A DNA stretch of 39,250 nt from Octopus bimaculoides (Eukaryota), in the NCBI RefSeq assembly GCF_001194135.2, contig NC_069002.1, positions 16,748,523 through 16,787,772 on the forward strand. The letters run 5' to 3'. How positions within the stretch are numbered: position 1 is the stretch's first letter; each line of letters starts with the position of its first letter. Shown here piece by piece: positions 23,799 through 36,228 of this stretch. The notes below the pieces were generated by a model. It was not told where the DNA came from. It worked only from the letters and a program-made list of their open reading frames with translations, and did not search any database. A program made the translations under genes and the position numbers.

Positions 23799-24844
23799 AG
23801 ACACGCACACACGTAGACACATGGATATGCACGAATATCATACGTGTGTGAGGGGAGTATACATGTATGCGTGTGTAAGTGTATGCATGTGTACGTGTGT
23901 GAGTATATATCTATATATATATATATNNNNNNNNNNNNNNNNNNNNNNNNNNNNNNNNNNNNNNNNNNNNNNNNNNNNNNNNNNNNNNNNNNNNNNNNNN
24001 NNNNNNNNNNNNNNNNNNNNNNNNNNNNNNNNNNNNNNNNNNNNNNNNNNNNNNNNNNNNNNNNNNNNNNNNNNNNNNNNNNNNNNNNNNNNNNNNNNNN
24101 NNNNNNNNNNNNNNNNNNNNNNNNNNNNNNNNNNNNNNNNNNNNNNNNNNNNNNNNNNNNNNNNNNNNNNNNNNNNNNNNNNNNNNNNNNNNNNNNNNNN
24201 NNNNNNNNNNNNNNNNNNNNNNNNNNNNNNNNNNNNNNNNNNNNNNNNNNNNNNNNNNNNNNNNNNNNNNNNNNNNNNNNNNNNNNNNNNNNNNNNNNNN
24301 NNNNNNNNNNNNNNNNNNNNNNNNNNNNNNNNNNNNNNNNNNNNNNNNNNNNNNNNNNNNNNNNNNNNNNNNNNNNNNNNNNNNNNNNNNNNNNNNNNNN
24401 NNNNNNNNNNNNNNNNNNNNNNNNNNNNNNNNNNNNNNNNNNNNNNNNNNNNNNNNNNNNNNNNNNNNNNNNNNNNNNNNNNNNNNNNNNNNNNNNNNNN
24501 NNNNNNNNNNNNNNNNNNNNNNNNNNNNNNNNNNNNNNNNNNNNNNNNNNNNNNNNNNNNNNNNNNNNNNNNNNNNNNNNNNNNNNNNNNNNNNNNNNNN
24601 NNNNNNNNNNNNNNNNNNNNNNNNNNNNNNNNNNNNNNNNNNNNNNNNNNNNNNNNNNNNNNNNNNNNNNNNNNNNNNNNNNNNNNNNNNNNNNNNNNNN
24701 NNNNNNNNNNNNNNNNNNNNNNNNNNNNNNNNNNNNNNNNNNNNNNNNNNNNNNNNNNNNNNNNNNNNNNNNNNNNNNNNNNNNNNNNNNNNNNNNNNNN
24801 NNNNNNNNNNNNNNNNNNNNNNNNNNNNNNNNNNNNNNNNNNNN

Positions 24845-24876
<32 letters not shown>

Positions 24877-25333
24877 CACACATATATATGGGAGGAGGTA
24901 GGTCTAGATTGCAGCTTCCTATGTATGTACATGTGTGCGTGCGTTTGTATGTGTATGTACGCGTGTATGTGTGTGTGTATGTGTGTGTAAAAATACGTTA
25001 ATCTTGAAAATTTGTCAAACTTTTGCCTTCTTTAAATCTCTTTTCTATCTTTCGTTTGTTTGTTCTTTGATTCTTTGTTTTTTATTAATTGCTTAACTTG
25101 GTGTGAACTTAGAAATTGGAATGGTTTGAGCTTAGGTGCGTTAATTTTCTCGATTGAATTCAAATCTTAATTCGCATTAAAAGCCTAATGTTTAATTAAT
25201 TGGACAAGAGAATGAAATATTTTGAGGTGAGCGTCATTTCTAGATAGTCTTTTCTCTCGAAAGCATCAGGAAAGGATAGCAGCTTTCAAGTATCATCTGT
25301 ATCATACGCACTTATACACACACACAAGCACAC

Positions 25334-25382
<49 letters not shown>

Positions 25383-25422
25383 CGCACACACACGAATGCA
25401 CACACACGTATGTGTGAAATAT

Positions 25423-25476
25423 GGTGGTGCATCAGCATGGCCGCAGCTCTGAGCTGAAACTTTGAAATGAAATGGA
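25423..25476 (+). mobile_element. SINE family B tail fragment
   Basis: GGTGGTGCATCAGCATGGCCGCAGCTCTGAGCTGAAAC. Confidence 0.6.
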
Positions 25477-25526
25477 ATATGCATACATATATCAACACAT
25501 ATTTGTACATACTTGTGTGTGGGGGC

Positions 25527-25562
<36 letters not shown>

Positions 25563-25575
25563 CATTATTGTTATT

Positions 25576-25619
<44 letters not shown>

Positions 25620-25769
25620 TATTATTACTATTATCATCTTCTTTCAATTCTGTTTCCATTTCTTGCCGAGTTTCTTCCTGACACCTAGGGCAGAGAAACG
25701 CACTGTATACATCGGTAGGCCATTAAAATAAACACACCAGATTGTTCATTTACAAAGTCCTGTGATTGA

Positions 25770-26013
25770 GAAAATCAATCAATAAACAGTCTTTATTGCT
25801 TTTGTCTTTCACAACAATATCTGGATTATTTGCTTTTATAGTCCGGTCTGTATATACTGGGAAGTCCCAAAGAATAGTTACATTTTCTCCTCCAGTTACA
25901 GCCTCAGGGTGGTTCTTGTATATTTGTCAGCAGTTTTAGTTTTATAATGCCGAAAGATTAGCCAATGTAGATATTGGCCAACTCTGTCATGTCTTGATTT
26001 GTATTCTACAGGA
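25770..26013 (-). mobile_element. R4/Dong RLE fragment, third subfamily
   Basis: PVEYKSRHDRVGQYLHWLIFRHYKTKTADK / (frameshift) YKNHPEAVTGGENVTILWDFPVYTDRTIKANNPDIVVKDKSNKDCLLIDF contains the canonical RHD..HW, LWDF...TD, PDIVV and IDF motifs. Confidence 0.88.
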
Positions 26014-26261
26014 GCTAAAACCCTCCACTGTTTCAATCCCATCATTACAGTATCAGCGCTTTGGGTCTACGCCATTTTTCATCACATTGGCTTCATAGTT
26101 TCGGGTCAATGAGCTCCGTAGTTCCTTTAGCACTGAGCTCCGTAGCTACTGATGGGTGTACTTCTGGTCGACATCAACTTGTTTGCTACGGGCCACATAC
26201 TTGCCATGCGGAGGTCTTTGTTCAAACGCATTTTGCTTTGTTTTTGATTTCACCTTCTTTG

Positions 26262-26516
26262 CAACGGAACAGTCTGCTCGTAAAATTAACGCACAAGTGG
26301 CTGAGTACTCCACAGACATGCATACCATACGTAGTTCTCAGTGAGATTCAGCCTCACACAGAATTACAGCTACAATTCATTTTTGCCAGCTGAATAGACT
26401 GCAGTGAGGTGAAGCGGAGTATCTTGGTCAAGAACACAGCGCGCCGCAGGGAATCGTGCTCATAGATTTACCATCATGGGCCGAATAACCCTAACCACTG
26501 AGCCATGCACCTTCAC
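26262..26516 (-). mobile_element. SINE related to family C
   Basis: The body matches 2128-2230. The minus-strand head GAAGGTGCATGGCTCAGTGGTTAGGG has an A-box-like motif. Confidence 0.75.
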
Positions 26517-26967
26517 TCTCTTAACCATAGAGAAAAGGAGTGAAGCGATAGAGACAGAGAACGGAAAGTATCAGTCATTTAACAAGGCGCATATATATAT
26601 ATATATATATATATANNNNNNNNNNNNNNNNNNNNNNNNNNNNNNNNNNNNNNNNNNNNNNNNNNNNNNNNNNNNNNNNNNNNNNNNNNNNNNNNNNNNN
26701 NNNNNNNNNNNNNNNNNNNNNNNNNNNNNNNNNNNNNNNNNNNNNNNNNNNNNNNNNNNNNNNNNNNNNNNNNNNNNNNNNNNNNNNNNNNNNNNNNNNN
26801 NNNNNNNNNNNNNNNNNNNNNNNNNNNNNNNNNNNNNNNNNNNNNNNNNNNNNNNNNNNNNNNNNNNNNNNNNNNNNNNNNNNNNNNNNNNNNNNNNNNN
26901 NNNNNNNNNNNNNNNNNNNNNNNNNNNNNNNNNNNNNNNNNNNNNNNNNNNNNNNNNNNNNNNNNNN

Positions 26968-27006
<39 letters not shown>

Positions 27007-27575
27007 CGAAATACCTACACACACATGCATACACATACATATTCATATATATACCTATACGTATATAAATATAGACATATACACCCATATATTCTTTCTC
27101 TGACTGTATGTCTTTTTATGCCACAAACTTCTCCTGGTAATTCAGAAACGCAGAGCAAAGTCTTCTACATAGATCTGTCTTATATTACGGAAATAGATAG
27201 TCTAAGCGCATTAATTCCTGCCTCCATTAATAACAAGTGACACGAAGACAGCACTCTGTAAATTGAACTTGAAATTTGTGGTAACAATTTCGTTGGTGCT
27301 ACATCTTTCATTTTAGTCAGAAACTGAAGTTTGGCAGTCGGAAAGGTTTCTGCTATGATGTGGTAATTATTTAGCGAAGGAAACGAACAATATTATACAT
27401 TTATAGAGCTTGAAATAATTAAGATTGTGTAAACGTGTAATACAAGCTTCGATGTTGAGATTCTGTCGCTGTCTAGCATGATTTCTGCTCCCCATGGGTG
27501 TTAAAGACGTATGTGAAATCGTTACAACTAGAAATCGAAACCGGATCGCCACATTCTTTTTGATATAGCAGTATT

Positions 27576-27734
<159 letters not shown>

Positions 27735-28004
27735 AAGTTGTAGTAGTAGTTGTAGATGATCTTGCAGAAATGATTGTTACCGACCCTAATATTACCGCAA
27801 CTTGTTATCTGTGATCTCAGAGGAATAAAAACCGTGACATAACCCTTACAGAATCTTATTTCCTCTTCTGTGATCCAGCCTTCTTGACTTCTGACATATT
27901 TTTCATAGCAGTTTGGTAGAAACGATGTTTGAAGTTCGAGTCAAGTCGGAAACCCGCTTAAACTTGATAAAAAATAAATACTAGTAACATACTACAGTCA
28001 CGCT

Positions 28005-28240
28005 GAAGGTGCTTGGCTCAGTTGTTAGAGCGTCGAGCTTAGTCATGAGTGCGCCGTCACTGGTGCTAATCTCTATCGGCCTTAGCCATTCCCTAGGGGA
28101 ACATCAGTGGTATGGAGATGGGAGACTGGTATGCATGGATAACTGCTGGGCTTCCATTGGCAACCTTACCAAGACTTGTGCCTCGGAGGGGAACTTTCTA
28201 GGTGCAACCCCATTATCATTCATGATCGAAGGGGGTCTCT
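28005..28240 (+). mobile_element. tRNA-derived SINE family D
   Basis: The head GAAGGTGCTTGGCTCAGTTGTTAGAGCG is A-box-like and similar to the head at 26516-26490. The GC-rich body (GACTTGTGCCTCGGAGGGGAACTTTCTAGGTGCAA) is one I recall as an octopus repeat. Confidence 0.6.
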
Positions 28241-28479
28241 ATTACTGTCAAATCGATACATTTAGGACTCACTTTCTCTCTCTCTCTCACTTTCCTTCTC
28301 TTTCTCTCTCTCCCTCTCTCTCATTTTTCTTCTCTCTCTTTCTTTCTCACTCTCCTTCTCTCTCTCTCTCTCTCTATCATACACATACATACACACACAA
28401 ATATGTCTCTCTCAATTACAAGAACAGTCCACATCTCTTTCCAAACTGTTGAAACTTGTTTAGACTTAGTGTTCCGGCA

Positions 28480-28568
28480 GAAAACATCCTTTTTCAATGT
28501 GAGTACGGAGGGATGGAACTCAGGACGTAATCATTGCGAACGAGCTTCTCAACTATTCAGCCATGCCT
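28480..28568 (-). mobile_element. Degenerate SINE head (family B-like)
   Basis: The minus strand reads GGCATGGCTGAATAGTTGAGAAGCTCGTTCGCAATGATTACGTCCTGAGTTCCATCCC, with A/B-box-like spacing. Confidence 0.45.
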
Positions 28569-29234
28569 TCTGACAAACTGTAAGAGCAGGGTAACTTAGG
28601 TAAGGGATTTAATCAATGTCTTCTTTCTTTTGGGGTGTTTGTAATTGAGATAGGTTTAGCAGTAAATCTTGTAGAAAAATGAAATATTTGGAAAGATAAA
28701 CTATGTTATTTATACAGTAAAAAGACTGAAATGAAGTTACCAAGTTATTTTCAATTCATATTTAAACTATTAAAGGATGCTTTTCTTATTACAACTGAAG
28801 TGACTAAAGAGAGTGAACATCATATTTGTGGATTTGTTAACAACTTAGAACGTCATACATACGTCTATATTATATGAATCATACTAAGTGTCATGACACT
28901 GATCCAGAATTTCATTGGTTTGATTATCAGGATCATGCAAGGCAAACGCTTAGTTCATAATGTGATCACGTGACCTTCCAAGATTAGCAATGAAATCTCC
29001 TTCGGCTCACGATTTCCTTCAAAATAAAGACAGGACACATCAGATAACGTAGTCCTTCATAATCATTAAAAAAGGAGGGATTGTCACGGTCGGAATGCAT
29101 TTGATGAGGTTACTCGATCAGAATTAATTCGAGATAAGTAAGAACAATAAGTAAAAACTGTACGGGAAAGTAACTGTGGAGACGTACTCCACATGTAACA
29201 TCAACTATAGAGGCAATTAAGCAATTGCGCCAGA

Positions 29235-29375
29235 TCTTTAAGTTCTGAGTTCAAATCCTGTTAAGATCAACTTTGCTTTCTATCACATCAGGATCGATTA
29301 AAATAAAGTACCAATCAAGGACTGGATTGATTTAATCGACTGACCTCAACCCCACAGTTTCTGGTATTGTGCCCA
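29235..29375 (+). mobile_element. Old SINE family A copy
   Basis: GTTCTGAGTTCAAATCC..CAACTTTGCTTTC..AAGTACCA..TTAATCGACT..TTGTGCC. Confidence 0.75.
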
Positions 29376-29691
29376 TTTATGTCAAGAGAATGAACGATTT
29401 CGTGTTTTGGAGTTTCAAATAACAACGCCGCCCACATCGTATCAGGGCGTGGTGTGATTAATACAACCCTTTTCGGATAAATATTATTAAAAAATGATGA
29501 GTTAAGAAACTAAAATGTTAGCTAGAAATATTTGTCCGGCAGAAATTAGTAGGGCATGGATCCCAAGGGGCAAATAAACAATTATGTTGCTGCTTTACAT
29601 GAATTCACATACTTTCTACAGTTAAACCTGGTTAGGAGAGTGATAAAACTCAGCTACATTTATGAAATCAAGCGCCACTCCAAAAAGTATA

Positions 29692-29744
<53 letters not shown>

Positions 29745-30016
29745 AAATGAAAATGATAAACTTCTGGAAAGTTTAACAGACTCCTACAGTTGTAGATTAT
29801 ATTATGGCTTGGATTATAGTCTTCGAATCAACTTTCTCCTTTCTGTATAAATGTATGTATGTATGTATGTATGTATGTATGTATGTATGTATGTATGTAT
29901 GTATATTGACCAGCAGCCATCTTGTCGACCTACTTCTGGGTTAATGATCCAAACAGGGTAACTGCTTCTCCGCGGTCGCTCAACATCTTAATTCATTTCA
30001 ATATTTGATCACTTTT

Positions 30017-30433
30017 TAAGGCGGCGAGCTGCTGGCAGAAACGTTTGCACACCGGGCCAAATGCTTAGCGGTATTTCGTCTGCCATTATGTTCTGAGTTC
30101 AAATTCCGCCAAGGTCGACTTTGCCTTTCATCCTTTCGGGGGTCGATAAATTAAGTACCAGTTACGTCCTGGGGCCGATGTAATCGACTTAATCCCTTTG
30201 CCTGTCCTTGTTTGTCCCCTCTATGTTAAGCCCCTTGTGGGCAATAAAGAAATAAGAAACGTTAGCATACTGGGCGAAATACTTAGCGGTATTTCGGCTT
30301 TACGTTCTGAGTTCAAATTCCGCCTTTCACCCTTTCGGGGTCGATAAATTAAGTACTATTTATGTACAGGGGTCGATCTAATCGACTGGCCCCCTGCCCC
30401 AAAATTTCGGGCCTTATGCCTAGAGTAGAAAGG
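30017..30433 (+). mobile_element. Dimeric SINE family A insertion with exact 17-bp TSD
   Basis: Two head-to-tail monomers (~30018-30255 and ~30256-30433) bracketed by AATATTTGATCACTTTT at 30000-30016 and 30434-30450. Confidence 0.9.
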
Positions 30434-30450
30434 AATATTTGATCACTTTT

Positions 30451-30598
30451 CACGTTCTGAGTTCGAATTCCTCCGAAGTCGACTTTGCCTTTCATCCTTT
30501 AGAGGTCGATAAAATAAGTACCAGTTAAGTACTGGGGTCAATATAATCGATTTTCCCCCTTCCTAAAAATTGCTTGCCTTGTGCCAAAATTTGAAATC
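30451..30598 (+). mobile_element. SINE family A body and tail (older, headless copy)
   Basis: ACGTTCTGAGTTCGAATTCC..GTCGACTTTGCCTTTCATCC..CTTGTGCCAAAATTTGAAATC. Confidence 0.85.
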
Positions 30599-31027
30599 TA
30601 TATCTGTTCACTTTTCCTCTTTTAGCCATTTTAGGTAGGTAGAACGGTATGTTGGACAGTTTTGCATCAACTTTAACCGAGACTTACTTCTCTCTTCCTC
30701 TCATTTTCTTTCTCTTATTCGCCTTCTCCCTACTATTCATCTCTCCCCCAGAAGTTGTAAATTCCCACAACATGAGAATTCGGGACTGCAAACCAGTGAA
30801 CCGAGCATGAAGTATCTAGTCAAGCTGGCACTGTAGCTGCCAAGCTGTTTGTAGAGATCTCAAAAACCACTGAGGAAAGTCAAGTGCTTTTACCAAAACA
30901 CAAAATTCACTGTACAAAACTTCTGAGCTACAAAACCATTAACCTTTGCCATCCACATATTTTTCTAAGCATGTGTGTATATATATATATATATATGTGT
31001 GTATACATATATATGCGTTTATGTATG

Positions 31028-31069
<42 letters not shown>

Positions 31070-31454
31070 TGTATGTATATATATACATACATACACACAT
31101 ACACACATATATACACACATATATATATATATATGTATGTACATGTATATGTATATCTATATATACATATCTACCTTCATGACTCAGGCAATAAATTTTC
31201 ATTTCATTTTCCCATCAATATTCACAGCGGTTTTTAAGTTCTTAAAATGCATTTGGCCAAATTTGGACATACAAAATAGCAACGCTATATATAAATATAC
31301 ATTGCTGTTTATGTCACACGAATTTATAAATTTCGAGACAACGTGAAATAATATTTCTTTTAACAGTTGAATTCGAAGGAGATAAAGTTGTAAGTAATAA
31401 TAGTGTGGAAATGTTAACTTAAAAAGTCCTTTCTATGGAAAATGTTGTAGGTTA

Positions 31455-31618
31455 TGTAACCCAAGTTAATTCATTGAGTGCAAATAAGGAGACCGATAGA
31501 ATAAGTACCAGGTTTTAAAAAGTCTTGGGGGGGTCAATTCACTCGACTAAAAATATTTCCGAGGCGACGCCCCAGCATGGCAGCAGTCAAATGACTGAAA
31601 CATGTAAGAGAAAAAAGA
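31455..31618 (+). mobile_element. SINE family B 3' half
   Basis: ACCGATAGAATAAGTACCAGG..TCGACTAAAAA..GCCCCAGCATGGCAGCAGTCAAATGACTGAAACA; homologous to 33928-34055. Confidence 0.85.
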
Positions 31619-31675
31619 TATGCTGCAATATTATAGTAAATATATTATGTATTTTATAAATTACATATGTATATA

Positions 31676-31721
<46 letters not shown>

Positions 31722-31752
31722 GCAAGAAACTTGCGGGTGCAGTGCTACCAGT

Positions 31753-31805
31753 TGAAAACTCCACCGACCAGACACTATGAAAACTCCACCGACCAGGCAT
31801 TATGA
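31753..31805. repeat. 25-bp tandem duplication
   Basis: TGAAAACTCCACCGACCAG(A/G)CA(C/T)TA at 31753 and 31778. Confidence 0.92.
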
Positions 31806-33155
31806 GATAATGCGCGCCGATTCGGGGTCTTCTTATCGGCATCATTATCGCACACCTCCTTCCTCCCCAACTGAGATGAGGCCCCACTTGCTAGATCAAC
31901 TGGTTAATAGGCTTCATTCGATATTCTTCTAACCTTGTGGTTGAATTTGGGAGACGGAAACACGGTCACTATAAGAAAGCCACACAATCGCGCACGCATG
32001 TATGTGTGTGTTGGAGCAGCTGAATATAGTAAATATTTCCGGCTGACCAACGNNNNNNNNNNNNNNNNNNNNNNNNNNNNNNNNNNNNNNNNNNNNNNNN
32101 NNNNNNNNNNNNNNNNNNNNNNNNNNNNNNNNNNNNNNNNNNNNNNNNNNNNNNNNNNNNNNNNNNNNNNNNNNNNNNNNNNNNNNNNNNNNNNNNNNNN
32201 NNNNNNNNNNNNNNNNNNNNNNNNNNNNNNNNNNNNNNNNNNNNNNNNNNNNNNNNNNNNNNNNNNNNNNNNNNNNNNNNNNNNNNNNNNNNNNNNNNNN
32301 NNNNNNNNNNNNNNNNNNNNNNNNNNNNNNNNNNNNNNNNNNNNNNNNNNNNNNNNNNNNNNNNNNNNNNNNNNNNNNNNNNNNNNNNNNNNNNNNNNNN
32401 NNNNNNNNNNNNNNNNNNNNNNNNNNNNNNNNNNNNNNNNNNNNNNNNNNNNNNNNNNNNNNNNNNNNNNNNNNNNNNNNNNNNNNNNNNNNNNNNNNNN
32501 NNNNNNNNNNNNNNNNNNNNNNNNNNNNNNNNNNNNNNNNNNNNNNNNNNNNNNNNNNNNNNNNATATATATATATATATATATATACATTCATACATCT
32601 TTCGGTGGTGACTACTCCAGCTTCACACAAGTAACACAGAATGGCACAAATAAGACAAATTTATGAACTCATCACAACAAATATCTTAGTCGATTTAATA
32701 ATGTTACCTTTATTAACAATGAATGAGATGTTGGTGCCTGTTTACAGCTAACTGGACTGCGCTGTCTGAATGTTAAGTGGCTGGGCGACAAATACATCGT
32801 CTATTGTCGGTATTAGGTCACGAACTATGCGACAATTCGATCGAAAGTTTGAGGCGCTATCAACTTCGCCAAGTGCGTCTTAAATATCAAACGATTTGAG
32901 AATGCTATAAATAAAGGTTTGCTTTTTTGCAGTAATATAGCGTCAAATAACTGACTCTACAGATGTTAATAATTTGAATAGTTGGCATAACAGTGATGAT
33001 AAATGTTGTGAAAGTTCAGAATAAGCTTACAAATGTGCTGCTTTCTGCATTCAATAGAATTAAAACAACTATGTTTAAATATATTATATGAAATTCACAC
33101 ATATGTATACTATATTTGTTTCTCTGGCCTTACTCTCTTTCCCACCTCCCCTCTG

Positions 33156-33220
<65 letters not shown>

Positions 33221-33615
33221 NNNNNNNNNNNNNNNNNNNNNNNNNNNNNNNNNNNNNNNNNNNNNNNNNNNNNNNNNNNNNNNNNNNNNNNNNNNNNNNN
33301 NNNNNNNNNNNNNNNNNNNNNNNNNNNNNNNNNNNNNNNNNNNNNNNNNNNNNNNNNNNNNNNNNNNNNNNNNNNNNNNNNNNNNNNNNNNNNNNNNNNN
33401 NNNNNNNNNNNNNNNNNNNNNNNNNNNNNNNNNNNNNNNNNNNNNNNNNNNNNNNNNNNNNNNNNATATATATGTATGTATGTATTTTTATGTACCTATG
33501 TATTCTTGTGTGTGTATGTATCTGCCTGTCTAGTACACTAAGACATGTGTGTGCGAATACATACATATAAATATACACGTGTATATATACATGTATGCAT
33601 GTATATGTATGTATG

Positions 33616-33649
<34 letters not shown>

Positions 33650-33733
33650 TGTATGTATGTATGTATGTATGTATGTATAATACTATAAAAGTTGATTGCA
33701 CGAATAAAAATTAGTGTAATTAATGGTGAGTGA

Positions 33734-33795
<62 letters not shown>

Positions 33796-33829
33796 GTATG
33801 TATGCATCTATGTTATATGTATGTATATC

Positions 33830-34055
33830 TATGTGTGTGTCTTTCTGTATGCGTTTGTCCTCCAACCACCAACTGAGAACAGGTGTTGGTGTGTTTGCAT
33901 CCTCATAACTAGCGGTTCGGCAAAAGATGCCGATAGAATAAGTACCCAGTTTAAAAAATAAGCCCCGAAGTCGATTCATTTGACTAAAAATTCAAGGTGG
34001 TGCTCCAGCATGACCGCAGTCTAACGATTGAAACAAGAAAACGATAAAAGATAAA
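33830..34055 (+). mobile_element. SINE family B, 5'-truncated
   Basis: GGTGTTGGTGTGTTTGCATCCTCATAACTAGCGGTTCGGCAAAAGATGCCGATAGAATAAGTACC..GGTGGTGCTCCAGCATGACCGCAGTC..GAAACAAG. Confidence 0.85.
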
Positions 34056-35470
34056 GTGTACATAAAAACGTAGAATTAATCCGAAAACCTGGAAAAGCAA
34101 TAAAAGCGAGGATCATAGTAATTGGTCACAGATGCTGATTATCTTGGCAGTTCCTATTCTAATGTTGCAAATTAAAGAGAAGATAATTCGTTTAGTCTAT
34201 CGTGGTTCATCCTATATTAGTGGATAAAAATACAGAGTAGTCGAAACTCATAAATATGTGAGTGGAGAATGCAGCCATAAGAATCAGGTGGAAGACATTC
34301 TCTTCTGATGCGTGGGTAAGTTGTTTATACAATCAAAACTTGTGCTATTGCGTATACATCAGCAAAAACCAGTGTTTCATGGATATGTACACGAAAGTCA
34401 CGTTACTGCACTTCGGGAACATCAAAAACCAAGAAACAGCTGTAGAGATTACCCACATTAACCACTCTCTTATTTGTGTGGTTCTAGTAATAACTCCCCG
34501 GAGTTTTACCTACCTATCTAGAATCAACAAGGGACGAGTAGTCGGATTCTCCTCACTGACATCAAGCATAAACTTTCAGATATATACTTATATCAAACGA
34601 ATTACTATCAAATCGAGCATTCTCCTTTTCAAGTTTTTCTACTGAGCTACATATATTTATACCCATTTCTGTATAACAACCACTTGTTCATTTTCATTTT
34701 ATTATACTTTCATTAGCTCGATATGTACATTGCCGATAGCCAACTTTTGCCCGCCTGCATTCTGTTATATTCGACGTTCGATTTTAGGTGTATAGTCCGA
34801 TCAGAGCACTAATTGTCTGGACCAATTAAACATCTTTTTCACATATAACAAATACGTATGATTGTATTTGTAAAATAATTTATATCAATATATATATATA
34901 TATATATTGATATATGTCTATATCTTTCTTTGTTTATCCGTCCATCTATCCATTCATCCATCCATTCATCCGTCCATCCATCTGTCCATCATTTTTTTCT
35001 CTTTTTTTCTTTTATTAGTATCATCATCATCATCATTATGGCATTCATTATTCTTAAAGGTGTTCCCTTGGTATGCCCACCAAGACTATTCATCCCGTGG
35101 GCAGCATGTAAGAAATCTTTGACGATGATGTCATGTCAAATCGGAAGGTAGTACGTTACGGAGATTTTGGAGTGGCTGTTCAGAATGATGGTGATATCAC
35201 CCTCATTTGTATGGCGCAATCAACACTTTCTCTCGCGGCATGAGATTATAGAGGCATTCTTTTCTCTCTTGTTGAAAAGTTATTTAGTAGTTATAACCTT
35301 AGACAGCAGAGGTGTAACTTTTTAGGTAAGATATAATGTACTTCTCGCAAGTCCAAGAGAGGCTACTAATATGCGTGACATGTACCCAAATCTTCCAAAT
35401 CTGTTTCGTTGTCCCTTTTTGTATCACCTAACTGTCTCGATGTTTTGCGTTCTTGTCCCATTTTGTATTT

Positions 35471-35589
<119 letters not shown>

Positions 35590-35603
35590 TATTCTTTTTT
35601 AAA

Positions 35604-35931
35604 TTCTTTTACTTGTTTCAGTCATTTGACGTAAGCCTAGGACTTATTGTATCGGTCATTTTGCCGAGCCACGAAGTTACGGGGATGTAAACGCACCAAC
35701 ATCGGTTGTCAGGCGATGGTGAGAGGACAAACACAGACACACAAATACATACATACATATATATATACGACGGGCTTCTTTCAGTTTCTCTCTACCGAAT
35801 CCACTCACAAGGCTTTTCGTCGGCCCGAGTATATAGTAGGAGACACCTTCCCAAGGTGCCTCGCAGTGGGACTGAACCCAAAGTCATGTGGTTGGGAAGC
35901 AAGCTTCTTACCACACAGCCACTCCTACGCC
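35604..35931 (-). mobile_element. SINE family B with intact tRNA-like head, internal microsatellite and internal deletion
   Basis: The minus-strand head is GGCGTAGGAGTGGCTGTGTGGTAAGAAGCTTGCTTCCCAACCACATGACTTTGGGTTCAGTCCC (A and B boxes). The tail is GTCAAATGACTGAAACAAGTAAAAGAA. Confidence 0.88.
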
Positions 35932-35937
35932 TATATA

Positions 35938-35979
<42 letters not shown>

Positions 35980-36021
35980 TATGTATGCGCGCGTCTGTGT
36001 GCGTGTAGATATGTATATAGT

Positions 36022-36160
36022 TGGAATTTACAAAAAAAGAACAAAAAAAAACAAAAGACGAAGACGTGTGTGCAAACAACAAACAGATTTATTAGTTTAA
36101 CGCTTGGGAAGTGGGAAAGTATTTTATGTTTCGAGCCTACGCTCTTCAAGAGAAAGGATC
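36022..36160 (-). mobile_element. Solo Penelope pLTR-like fragment with hammerhead-like core
   Basis: The minus strand reads CTTGAA GAGC GTAG GCTC GAAA CAT A AAATACTTTCC..AGCGTTAAACTAATAAATCTG..ACGTCTTCGTC, the same architecture as 9512-9640. Confidence 0.5.
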
Positions 36161-36228
36161 AAAGAAATAAATAGAGAGAGAAAATAAAAGAAAGTTTAGT
36201 GGCTAGCGATCAATCGTAGCTGTATATA

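Noticed and set aside
27750-27960. Possible LINE 3' end on the minus strand abutting the (TAG)n array
   Set aside because: Only a few residues resemble an R4/Dong C-terminus, which is too weak to call without an HMM search.
28009-28452. 147-aa ORF
   Set aside because: It is a SINE plus (CT)n read-through with no coding signature.
29175-29193. Hairpin TGTGGAG-ACGTA-CTCCACA
   Set aside because: A 7-bp stem is expected by chance in 39 kb and has no supporting context.
30660-30830. Polypyrimidine tract plus CCCCAG as a splice acceptor
   Set aside because: All three downstream frames stop quickly, and there is no strong donor or protein similarity.
31753-31805. Direct repeats as a CRISPR-like array
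   Set aside because: They are two adjacent 25-bp units with no unique spacers, in a eukaryotic context. The same applies to 14264-14309 and 38380-38439.
34262-34645. 127-aa ORF and the consensus-like donor TGG|GTAAGT near 34315
   Set aside because: It starts at GTG, has no recognisable domain, and the candidate upstream acceptors give stops in all frames tested.
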